A stretch of 64,000 nucleotides of DNA from Podarcis gaigeae (Eukaryota). Below the pieces are notes generated by a model, which did not search any database, was not told where the DNA came from, and saw only the letters and a program-made list of their open reading frames with translations. Positions within the stretch are counted from its first letter, which is position 1. Each line of letters starts with the position of its first letter. This document shows positions 38,801-48,601 of this stretch, piece after piece. The position numbers were made by a program, and so were the translations under genes. The stretch lies in NCBI GenBank assembly GCA_964106915.2, contig OZ066917.1; one strand, given 5' to 3'.

Positions 38801-41800
38801 AAGAATTTGAATAGATGTTATTGTTACCCCACACACACACACACAAAAATCACGGCTCTTTTACTTAAGTTGCAATGAGAATGCAGTGTTAGAGTGCATA
38901 TAAGTTCAAGGAAAACAACTGTTTTTATCAGGTACCTGTAAGGGCCAAAGTAGACATGATGTGAGAGATCTGTGGTCACATCTCAGGTATTTTTATACAC
39001 TTTAAAGCAGCAATGTGGGTCCACAAATTGTACAAGAACCACAGCACTATGGGAGAGGAGTGTAACCATTTTCTTGCATGTCATTTCACAGATATAAATA
39101 CCATCCAGTGAAGCTGTGAAGAAGAGGAGAGAAAAATATGGGCACCCATATTGTACCCATCTTTCTCCCCGTGGGCATTTCTCCTATTTAAATATTTACA
39201 GAACTGTGATTATCCCCAGAATGGGAAGAAGATGGGAACAATATAGGTGTCAATCCTTGCCCTTCCTACAAATTAACATTAGCTTGGGGGTAGGGGGGCC
39301 TGACTGAAGGAAATGGAATTGTGAGGGTAAACACTCAGCAACATGGCCCAATCCAATTTTGTTTCTGCAAAAGGTTGTTGGGAAATTCAGTCCCAATTCC
39401 CCCTGTCATGTCTAGTTTGTTCATAAGATATGTAGGATTCTTTGGTTATCACGAAGAGTCTGAATAATAAAATTGTGCTGGAGTACCAAAAAAAAAAAAA
39501 AAAGGACTCTTACGTCTTTCAAAGGATAGCTATTGATTTTCTACAACTTTTTATCCCAGGATTCGTCTAGATAAGGCGGCACTATCAAGACGACCATTTG
39601 CACCCAGGAATGTTACAGACTTGAAAGTTGGAAACCTAGTGAAATTTTCATGCCCAGCAGGAAAAATCAGCAAGGGAACTGTTAAGTATTTGGGACCACT
39701 TTTGGGGAGAGAAGAGGACTACCTTGGAATAGAGCTGGAAGGGGATCAAATAGGAAGGCATGATGGAACTTTTCAAGGAACACGCTACTTTCTTTGGTAA
39801 AGTTTACTCTTCTACCTGGCAATAGTATACTTGAGATCTTCCCTTCCCACCCCGAACCCAATTTTCCCCAGGGGTAGAAATAAAGCAATTTCAGTTTTCT
39901 TGTTCAACATTTTACCTTTACCATGCATAATATGCAACCACTAATGGATCACAAATGTGTGTTGGCAAGTTTGGTTTTGAAGTATTGCACAAAATACAAC
40001 ATTACAAAAGCTATACTACTCAATTGAATATATTATTGGTGAGGACAGGGTTCATGGCATGTTCCTTAGAATTAGTATAGTAACTAACAATAGCAGTAAG
40101 TTCACTTTTTATTGATGACAGCTTCAGGATTTAGCTACTGTCTGCAGCAAATTGTGTTAAGCATTGCTATCAGTGTAAACGCAAGTACCTTGCATCCTCC
40201 CACCTGTAAAAACTGGTGTGCAAGAGATGGAAAAAGCAAAGTATGTGGGAAATCCTGTGTCACCATCTCATCAAGACTAGAATTTCACATTTTTTTTTGC
40301 ACTTTATCAAACAGTAACCATGCCTTGTACTCCTAATTTGGAGTGATGGCAAATTAATGTGCTGTTATCAAACATTTAAAAAGTATTATTCTCACAGAGA
40401 TTTGTAAATGCACCATTTGCAACTTAAAACATGTGTAAATGCTTTACACCATCAACTACAAGGTATTAAATGTTTCCCTCCCATAATTGTGGGAGTTTTG
40501 GAATTCCCTCCCTACAGAGGTGTCTGGCACCTTCATTTTGCATTATTACATATTTCTAGAACCCACTCTCGTTGTGATTGTAATTCGTTTTAAACTGTTT
40601 GTATCTCATCCTGTGTCTGTCTGGTGAAGTGGGTAATAAATCTAAGAAAAAGTTTTACTGGTGCTATTAAGCATTGCAATGGATGTAGGAGAAAAATCCT
40701 GAAAATGTGATGTTTTCCTGGCACTCTATATATGCCTGTTTCTGCCCACTTTCTGCCTCCAATCAATTATTTTATATCTATGTATTATAAATGTCTGAGA
40801 ACTTCCTTTATATAATGGACATTATGAAAATTCTAAAGAACAAATTGCTTTGTGCATCACTAGAGAGAAAAGCTTGCACTCAGAAATTCTATAGTTCAAA
40901 GTAGCTCTATAAACACGAGGTGTGTGCATGAGCCCAAGATTCACCTTATATTTGTGCATATATATATAATATATGAAGACAGAAGTGCCTGGCGCGCTCT
41001 GGTCCATGGGGTCACGAAGAGCTGTGCTTTGGGTTCAGAGGCACTTTGTATAAAACAAATTCATTCTCATGGTGAATCTAAAAATTACTTTTCCTTCTTT
41101 TTGGCAGAAGTTGCTGAAATTTGCAAGTGCATGAACCCACTAGTTTTTCTTCAGACTGCATAAATCTTTGCAGAACTCCTCCAGACTAGATTAAGCCTGC
41201 CAGAGGCTTCTGTGGGGGATGTAAAAGGAACTCACATTCTCCATAATCAGTATTAGGGCAATGCATTTGCTAGGCCAACTAAAACTCCAAAATCCATATT
41301 AGTTTAATATTTTCAAGTTCAGGGAAGCATGGTGGCTTGTGCCTTGCTTTTTCATAACTTAAAATAATTAAGAAGTAGCTGAGTTGTGTGTATTCTTGCT
41401 TGTGCATTTTTCAAAACATTAGCTTCACATGAGCTGGCTTTGCTTTCCTGGAGTCTCTCCCAGAGTTTGTGGAGACAAAACTAGTACGTAAAAAACGAGT
41501 GCTTTTAAATTGCTGGAATGTTGCTAAGCTACAAGTCTCAGCATCCCTGCTGAGCTGTAGTCCAGCACCTAGAGGGCACCATATTGGCCATCTCTAGCAA
41601 TTTGTATCTCCATTCCAAGTCTGAACCATGCTGTGCTCTTCAAAATTTTAATACTAGCTTTACTGCCTGAGCAATGGCTGTAACTTCAGTGCAGGGAGCG
41701 TTTATTTATCCCCTCAAATAACCCTGATATCTACTTTCAGCAATGCCTTATCATTTCTTGACCCTTTCCTCAATTTATTTTATTCCTGTCTCTACCAGTG

Positions 41801-42283
41801 CTACAGTATACATCTCCACTATTGTATCTCCCAGAGTATACGTGATAAAGTGGTGAAATAGAAACTATCCTCAACAGCAAAGATATTCCACCCTATGGGC
41901 GGGGGGGGGGGGGGGGAGAGAGAGAGAGAGAGAGACTAAAGTCACAATTAAAAGATAGTGCTGGTCCTGGTAAAGGGTTTCCCACTAACAGAAAATTGTG
42001 CATTTTCCCCCTGTCATGCAAAAATGTCCTTGTTGTCTTTAAATTGTGGCCTTTAAGAATCCAAACAGAAAACACTGTCCAGCAGCAGATTTCTGTTTGC
42101 ATGACCATCAAAGTAACTTGAGTAAATTGAGTTTGTAACTCTTGTTGGTTAGTTAACTTTGTGTCATAAAAAGTCACGTCAAAGAACCATATCCACATTA
42201 CTGACTTTCAAAATTTGTTTTCCAGTGCCCCTAAAAAAGGAGTTTTTGTTAACTTCAGCAAAATCATTATTGCCTGGGAATAA
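25665..42283 (+). CDS. Uncharacterised coiled-coil protein with C-terminal CAP-Gly domain (10 coding exons, about 670 aa)
   Basis: join(25665-26343,26680-26798,29456-29617,31558-31645,32426-32601,33293-33500,35149-35274,37065-37224,39560-39796,42226-42283); all GT-AG, phases 1,0,0,1,0,1,1,2,2; 2013 nt open reading frame; ACAATGG Kozak context; AATAAA at 42454. Confidence 0.75.
26680..26798 (+). CDS. CAP-Gly gene coding exon 2
   Basis: ctttttcag|CA GCT GAT AGA..CAC AAG|gtatta; phase 1-0; NAGNAG acceptor. Confidence 0.65.
26880..27180 (-). mobile_element. CR1 3'UTR fragment
   Basis: TTCCCAGCAACTGGTATTCAGAG..ATAGCCATCATGGCAAGTAGCC..CCCTTTTAAAGC. Confidence 0.7.
29456..29617 (+). CDS. CAP-Gly gene coding exon 3
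   Basis: tttttgttag|STKKGRSPAMSEFLLKSPDENKQ..KLYGK|gtgaat; 162 nt; phase 0-0. Confidence 0.65.
29650..30200 (-). mobile_element. CR1 3' fragment
   Basis: CATTATAAGAACGTAAGAAGAGCCTGCTGGATCAGGCC (CR1 tail, reverse) through AGAATATTCCAAATGTGGTC (PHLEY motif, reverse). Confidence 0.8.
30850..31295 (-). mobile_element. L1/Tx1-like LINE 3' remnant
   Basis: Minus-strand ALTINDWIDKIWEFATAAKL resembles non-mammalian L1 ORF2 C-termini. Confidence 0.5.
31558..31645 (+). CDS. CAP-Gly gene coding exon 4
   Basis: ttttttaag|EIEFLNEELSTCSLPKFECNSPGILQQQI G|gtatga; phase 0-1. Confidence 0.75.
32066..32160 (-). mobile_element. Second, degenerate CR1-tailed tRNA SINE
   Basis: CATAGAATTGCAGAGTTGGAGGGGACACTGAGGGTCATCTGGTTCGACCCCTGC. 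Confidence 0.55.
32426..32601 (+). CDS. CAP-Gly gene coding exon 5 (coiled coil)
   Basis: acacag|NLKSQITDLQEANETAVLELAKADEEISQLKNEMAQLKSDYMQKLADSKEENLNLKKM|gtaaga; heptad pattern. Confidence 0.85.
33293..33500 (+). CDS. CAP-Gly gene coding exon 6 (coiled coil)
   Basis: ctctaaag|INRMHSRH..LHEEICELRAESRRLREIGHQLNEENHRMKEELWDVKRKYE..QD G|gtaaag. Confidence 0.85.
34180..34228. repeat. (AAT)n(CAT)n compound microsatellite
   Basis: Read directly from the sequence. Confidence 0.9.
35149..35274 (+). CDS. CAP-Gly gene coding exon 7
   Basis: ttttatctag|..KIQEHSRKNASSPSS..NRDLK G|gtatgg; 126 nt; phase 1-1. Confidence 0.7.
35825..36210 (-). mobile_element. L2 LINE 3' end with (TTA)n tail
   Basis: (TTA)n followed by AAAGGCCTGGTTAAAGAGGAATGTTTTTGCCTGGCGCCTAAA..GCAGAGAAGGC..GGGCCTC. 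Confidence 0.75.
37065..37224 (+). CDS. CAP-Gly gene coding exon 8
   Basis: (t)n aatcaag|..DASEEVTEASSS..KYYPN AG|gtaaga; phase 1-2. Confidence 0.75.
39560..39796 (+). CDS. CAP-Gly gene coding exon 9 (CAP-Gly domain)
   Basis: IRLDKAALSRRPFAPRNVTDLKVGNLVKFSCPAGKISKGTVKYLGPLLGREEDYLGIELEGDQIGRHDGTFQGTRYFLC: CAP-Gly signature G-x-V-x-Y-x-G..G-I-E-L..GRHDG..G-x-RYF-x-C. Confidence 0.9.
42226..42283 (+). CDS. CAP-Gly gene terminal exon
   Basis: ttgttttccag|T GCC CCT AAA AAA GGA GTT TTT GTT..TGG GAA TAA gives (C)APKKGVFVNFSKIIIAWE*, completing the CAP-Gly G-x-F-V motif. Confidence 0.88.
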
Positions 42284-42453
42284 CGATTCCACTACATCCT
42301 GAACAATGAATGCATGGACTTTAAAGCCTTCCAATATATTGTGCTTCTGCTGCAAAGAAGAAACAAAGTGTTTAGAACTCTGTTCATCAGTGTATTTCTT
42401 CCATTTTTATCAAGTTGTATTTGAGCATTTTATAGTATTGTATTTTTTTGTAA

Positions 42454-42459
42454 AATAAA
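42454..42459 (+). terminator. Poly(A) signal of the CAP-Gly gene
   Basis: AATAAA about 170 nt after the stop, preceded by a U-rich TGTA-containing tract. Confidence 0.6.
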
Positions 42460-43551
42460 ACTAGTTATACTATTATTGAAAATGCAAACAGCAAACATCT
42501 GGACTCAAGTCATAATAGGTATGAATTCCCCCAATGAACTGATTTAAAACAGTTTATTTTCTTTTCCATGTAGAGCAATCAAGCTTATGATTGCTTACAT
42601 ATTTTTACAGAGAATGGAAACACATGAACAAAGTGGTAAACAAAAACAGCTGAAGTGATTTCCATGATTTTCCATTAGGAAAAATATGCAATCATAACTG
42701 CAGATACAGTTGTTGATTCTCCCGCCACCCCCACTTAAAAAAATGTACCTGAAGGCATGGCTAGGATAGCCTCTGTGTACAAGAAGTAGCCCCAGATAGC
42801 AAATGAGCCCAAGATAGCAAAGAATCTGGATTCTTCCACCATTCATAAATAGCTACAACGGACTAATAAAGCTATCCCTCTGAAAATTAGAGAAATGCTT
42901 ATCACAAACTTGCTGAATTGAATCTACCATGGTTGGGAGCACATTTGTAAACAACTTCTCCCTCTTTGGGTTCACAATTCACAGTACTGGTGTATGAAAA
43001 TAAATTTTAGCTAGTTTTCAAGCACTTCTAAATCAACTGTACCATTGCACCAGTCATAACAGAGTGCCTGGCAAGAGTTGGAACCTTTTCCTGTTAGCAG
43101 TAGTAATAGAAAAGTCCACCTAAGTACGAAGGAGCTGGTATATCTGACTAGGCATGAGAATTTATTATTCACTGGTAGTAAAAATGGACCTAGCTTACAT
43201 TGTTTGGAATTTGATATTTATCAGCCATAGGTTCAGAAGACATGATTACATATATCTTGTCTACCAAGCTCCTAATTCATCACTTGGCTTGAACTGGTAC
43301 TTGGACCTGCTGGATCTATGATGAAATAGTGAAGTGACATCATAAAATGGCAACAAGAGCCGCTCCAAGTATTCTAAACAAGGATTTTGCCCAGCCGTAG
43401 CTAAGAGTCCTTTGGCTCTTGTGCTTCAGCTCAGATCATAGGCAAGGCACTTATATTACCTAAGGGAGACCAAAAAACAAGGCACCTGAAACAGCCCCAG
43501 GTGATTAACTTCAGCCCTCCCTTGCACTACTCATATTAACATTATCTAAGT

Positions 43552-43687
43552 CAGTGTTTCCCAACCTTGTGCCTCCAGATGTTTTTGGCCTACAACTCCC
43601 ATCATCCCTGACCACTGGTCTTGCTAGCTAGGGATGATGGGAGTTGTAGGCCAAAAACATCTGGAGGCACAAGGTTGGGAAACACTG
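43552..43687. mobile_element. Young palindromic hAT MITE, 136 bp
   Basis: Near-perfect fold-back CAGTGTTTCCCAACCTTGTGCCTCCAGATG.. / ..CATCTGGAGGCACAAGGTTGGGAAACACTG; perfect TSD ATCTAAGT at 43544-43551 and 43688-43695. Confidence 0.92.
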
Positions 43688-46600
43688 ATCTAAGTTACCC
43701 TCTGCCCTGTCCAAAACTACCTGCAAGTAAGTTCTCACGGCAAACACTGAATCTAAAATGATTTTATGGTAATAGTGCCTTGGCTTTGGTTCCTGTGTAA
43801 GACAGAACCATAGTTAAGGATACAGCCTGAGGGAGCAGATTTTTGCTAAAGAGGGCAAGATCCTTTAGCTCACTCTGGATCTCAGCCATGCTGAAATGTT
43901 AGCTAGCATCAGTTCAGCAACCTATAGAAGCAGCTGATGGTGTGCTTAGTTGCACCTTGTGACTGAAATGTGGAAGCCTGAAGATTACAAAGCAAGAGTT
44001 TCTAATGGTTAAGGTCTCATTTCTTATCTAGCAACCAAATTTATTCTTTCTGCAACAACCTAGGAATTTGATATAGATACCTTTATGTAACTCCCATGCA
44101 CGATCAAATGTGAAATATCTGCATTGGATATTAAAATGCAAGAGTTCCTTTAGCAACTATAATTCAAAAACTTCTGATGTTCATAAACAATGAGACACCA
44201 TTGATAACCAGGTACCTAATTTTGACTTTTATGGAGTTCCACAGATTCACTGGAAACTGACAAGACCAAAATACCTTTTTTTTTCTTCACGGTGGAGATC
44301 CAAGTTTAATGTAGTCACCAAACAAGATAGGTACTGGTTTTCTGGTTAGAATGTATAATACAGCAGTTACTTACGGAGAAAGAATCCGCATGAAGCTGAT
44401 AGAGTAGATGACACAGCAAGAAGTATTTTAAAAGATTTCTTACTACATATGGAAACAAATGCAGGATGTTACATTTTCTTAGTTTATTGATTTTTTATTT
44501 TATTTTAGGAAACTGCAGCTCCCAGTATATGTCATTCCGAGGTCCCATGCATGCATAGCCTCTTAATGCCTTTACACATTTCATCTTGCAGTAATTGTTT
44601 CCATTCACAGCATACATAAATCTAGAATGTAAGGAACACCCTATTTACAGGATTTCAAAAGATCGTGGTTTTTGTTTTATAGTGAAAAAAATTAACAGGA
44701 CTTCAACAGGGCAAAAAGTATAGATCAGATACATTGGCTTTGTCACAGATAACACAATTCAAAAGTTTGTTCAAAGGTCTTGAGAATTAGAATATTGCTT
44801 GACTCTTGGACTTTGCTTGTTTCAAAAACAAGAAGACCTCTCAGTAATAACAGAAACAAGATGTCAATAGCTCAAATACATATCAACTTCGAACAATTAT
44901 TTGGAAAGACAGATAGCACACAGAGGCAGCGTTGGCTATAATATGCATTTATTTCTGCGCACATTTTCAGCTCTCTGTAGATTCATAGCACCTGAGCAGG
45001 TGACAGAGGAATTGAGAGTCCGGCTGGATACTTCAATAACTACACTGTAAAATTTTGTATTTCAAATTACATGTTTCAGGCTTCTTGTGTTAAAAGTTTA
45101 TCAAGCCAAGATCACAATACCATTAGCTATCAGCATGTTTAAACTTTTCATCATCTCCTTAAAATTAAAAAAAAAATTGTCTTCAAAAAGACTAAATCCA
45201 AGAAATTTTAAAGAGATTTATAATCAAAGGGGTGGGGAAGTGAAGGAACAGTACATAAATGGAGCATAACACAACTGAAATAACATTGACTTAGTAGTAT
45301 GACTGAGACCAGCTCTTTAAAAAATATACTTGCTTCACACATCTGCCATAACGGGGGAAAACACACATACCACAGACACACAAACACACTTCTCAAGTTG
45401 ATCTATTTCACAAAACATTTTCTCGTTGCTTTCTTAGCCCCTCCTTTCCTACGCAAGCTAGCTTGATAGTAATATCATATATCCAAGTACAGGATTTAAT
45501 TTTGTATGCTATAGTATATTCCAATGTTTTCCACAAGCTATTCTATTGACTAAAACTTGGAGGAGCTTTTATATTTTATATTGAAAGGGAAATCATTTTA
45601 CCAGCAGTTAAATATAAAACAGGCATTTATAAACAGACATTTACTTGAGAAACTGGACAGTCTTGAATAACTAGCATCCAATAAGGGTACTCCCTGTACT
45701 GACCCAAGTTCTATGGGCAAGGAAAAGACCAGCTGTTACTAAGAAGTAGTGCATTTTAAATATTCATGATGACCTCAAACGCCCATCACACACAGATGTG
45801 CACATTCGAAGTGGTATACACTGCACTGCATTTAGTATCATGGGGTCTTTCACACATGGGGTCTTTATGCAATCAACATTTATTCTGGCATAACCTAAAC
45901 CCACTTTGGTTGGTGTCACCTATTCACAAGTGAATTCCAAGTGGAAATTGATACCTAATGCTCGTATATAACTTCCAGATGAAGATTAGTTTTATTACCA
46001 TCATCAGTTTTACAGTGTGGATATTTACAACAGTTTTGCAGCAGCTTTTTTGCAGCATGTACACTAGTTTTGCTTTTATTTGATATTTTTTTTGCAGAAT
46101 CAACGAGTGTAACTGATTAGTTTAACGTTTTCTCCTAAGAATCAACATGACCACTAGCTACCATCTCCCCCACAACAAACTACGTTCTCACCTTCTACTC
46201 CACAAGTAAAACTATGAGTAAAAGGAAATAGGTCTCCATAACAACACGGTCACAGATCCACCATGCAGTACTGCAATTTATATATGTATCTTCCCTGTTA
46301 TCTCCCATGAGTCAGAAAATACTGTTCACACAATATAGAAATAATACGTGCAGTAGAGCATTCCCTACCAAAAAAAATGAAACAGGGAAAGCCTAAAAGC
46401 ACAGAGCTGTATGCTTACAGCAAAGACCCTGTAGGACTTACACTGACTGACTTCAGAAAGCATGCACTTATAGTGGCTTGCACCCAGAAGTGATAGGTTA
46501 GCACTCCCCAACCAAAAACCATTAAAGTCACACAGGTGTGAAAAAAGTGGCACATACCTTTCAAACATGCTCTCTACTCATAACTCAAATGACTTCAGTT

Positions 46601-48452
46601 TCCTCACCAATGGCAGCACCTAATAGTGCCAAATGGGAGCTTATGTTCAAAGAAGGCAAGAGGATCAATATGAAATCATGGCAAGTGTTACAAACACATG
46701 ATGCAATTTAACTGAAAAACCCAATGCTTCTTATCTCTTTGTTTTTCCATTTCCTAAAAACAAAACAATTCCATAACTGAATTCTTAATTAGAGCAGCAG
46801 AATTCTTAAAATTTCATCAGGACGTTCAGCAGTCATATTTTAAGTGTCAAAATCATGACTTTAGAAAAGAAATCTCAACACTGGTTCCTTTCATTTCACT
46901 GTGTTCCTTTGCTGTTTGATATAAATCAATAAGATTTTACATACCAGATAAATTCCACTTTGCATGGACAACCTCTACATCTTATTACATGGGCAAGATG
47001 TGAAACTTGCTTGCACAAGGTGCAAGTATTTGGAGTAATATAATTGAAGAGTGCAAGAAATTACACACATTGTTCCAGTGCTTTATCAGTGAGGAAAAAA
47101 CAGTCTGACTGTTCTTGAACAGTTTTATTATAGAAAGACTCAACTTCAAAACCAAGAAACCTTCACAAAAGACTGCTTTATTTCAGCAACCTAGCACTCA
47201 AACAAATCAAACATCCTCTTGATAATAATCAGATGCATAAAAGTACCAGTACAATTCCACTCTGTTTTGTTTTGTTTATGCCTATTAACTGCCCATTTTT
47301 TTTTATTAAAAAAATGCATTTAAAGATCTGCTGCTCTTACTAATTAATACAGACTGGTTTATTGACAGTGTGCAAATAAACCTTTATTGAAGAGCTAATA
47401 TTGATTACTGTTTTTCAGCTAAATCAGAATGGGGGCACAAAGTACCTTCTGTGCTGTAAACATAATGAATTCTTCACATAATTGGAAGCTGAAAAGGCCT
47501 AAGGAAAAGGGTGCAAACACTTCTCATACATAACAATGGCTGAGCTCAAGTCTTCCAAAAAGAATTTGGAATAGTTCTGCATTTGGCATACGTCCACTCT
47601 ACTGTCATCAAGCACAGTTTAAGGGAACGTCGTTTATAAAAGCATAATTTACTTTTAGCTTTAAAACACAATGGCCTAATAAAAGCATGCAGCACTATTT
47701 TTTTCCTCTGTAATATGATATAATTACTTAATTACCAGTGTTAACATGACTTGGTGAGTGCTGTACAAGCAAAAGGGATTGTAAAATCACCTCTGATTGT
47801 ACTCTATAAATAAGGCTCATACAGTACGTCTCCCTCCTCACCATGATCCACAATTTCAAAACAGCATTTGTGTAGAATTAAATTACCCTGAAAAAAGCAG
47901 CATTTACAAATATCCTCATTTTTTACTTTTTTTGCCCCCCCCACCTCCCCCCCCCAAAAAAGAAAAACACCTTCCTTCTTTTTCAGTAGTTTACAATCTG
48001 GAAACATAGGGAGTCTTTGTTTTCCAAACGGCTGTGGCCAGATTATCAGATCTGGTTCTTCACAGTTTGTCTGGATACCTGTAACACTTCACACCACAAA
48101 GTAATAGTTCTATGCTTATAAAAATATATATATATATATATGTAAGGGCTACTACCCAGCAAATGTAATTATAGGGGCTAGAACAGCAGCAATCATCTGA
48201 TTCCTTATACATTCTTCACAGAGGGAATCCATTTTGGGTATCCTTTCAGTCTTGCTCAACGCAGTGGGATAAGAGTATTTTCCCCAAACTAATATTTAGT
48301 GCAGCATGAATGGAAGGGGGATCTCTCCCTTATAATTTGAAATAATTGGCTGGCAAACGCCTGGCAGATGACTGAAAGGTGTCTCATATATTCGTCTCCT
48401 ATGGCTGTGTCCTCAAGAGCCTGTTTTTAATCCAAAGCAGACCTTTATGGAT

Positions 48453-48601
48453 TCAGGCATACCGCGGCATTTCACATTGCTCACAGCGATTCATTGCTGG
48501 GTGGTTTAAAAAAGTACAGCTCTTACAATTCCATGGAGCTCCTTCAAAGTCTTCGTCTCTTGGCTGTGATCGTGGAGCTTGTTTGGAACTTCTCTGATGA
48601 T
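48453..48601 (-). CDS. TAB3: TAB3 terminal coding exon (NZF zinc finger)
   Basis: ctgtag|[49 protein letters not shown]. Confidence 0.95.

Noticed and set aside
41897-41936. Poly-G plus (GA)n tract as a regulatory G-quadruplex or triplex
   Set aside because: Ordinary simple repeat with no further evidence.
42284-42400. Possible SECIS element (ATGA..AAA) that could recode the in-frame TGA in the 27814-27916 segment
   Set aside because: No GA quartet partner or proper stem at the required spacing.
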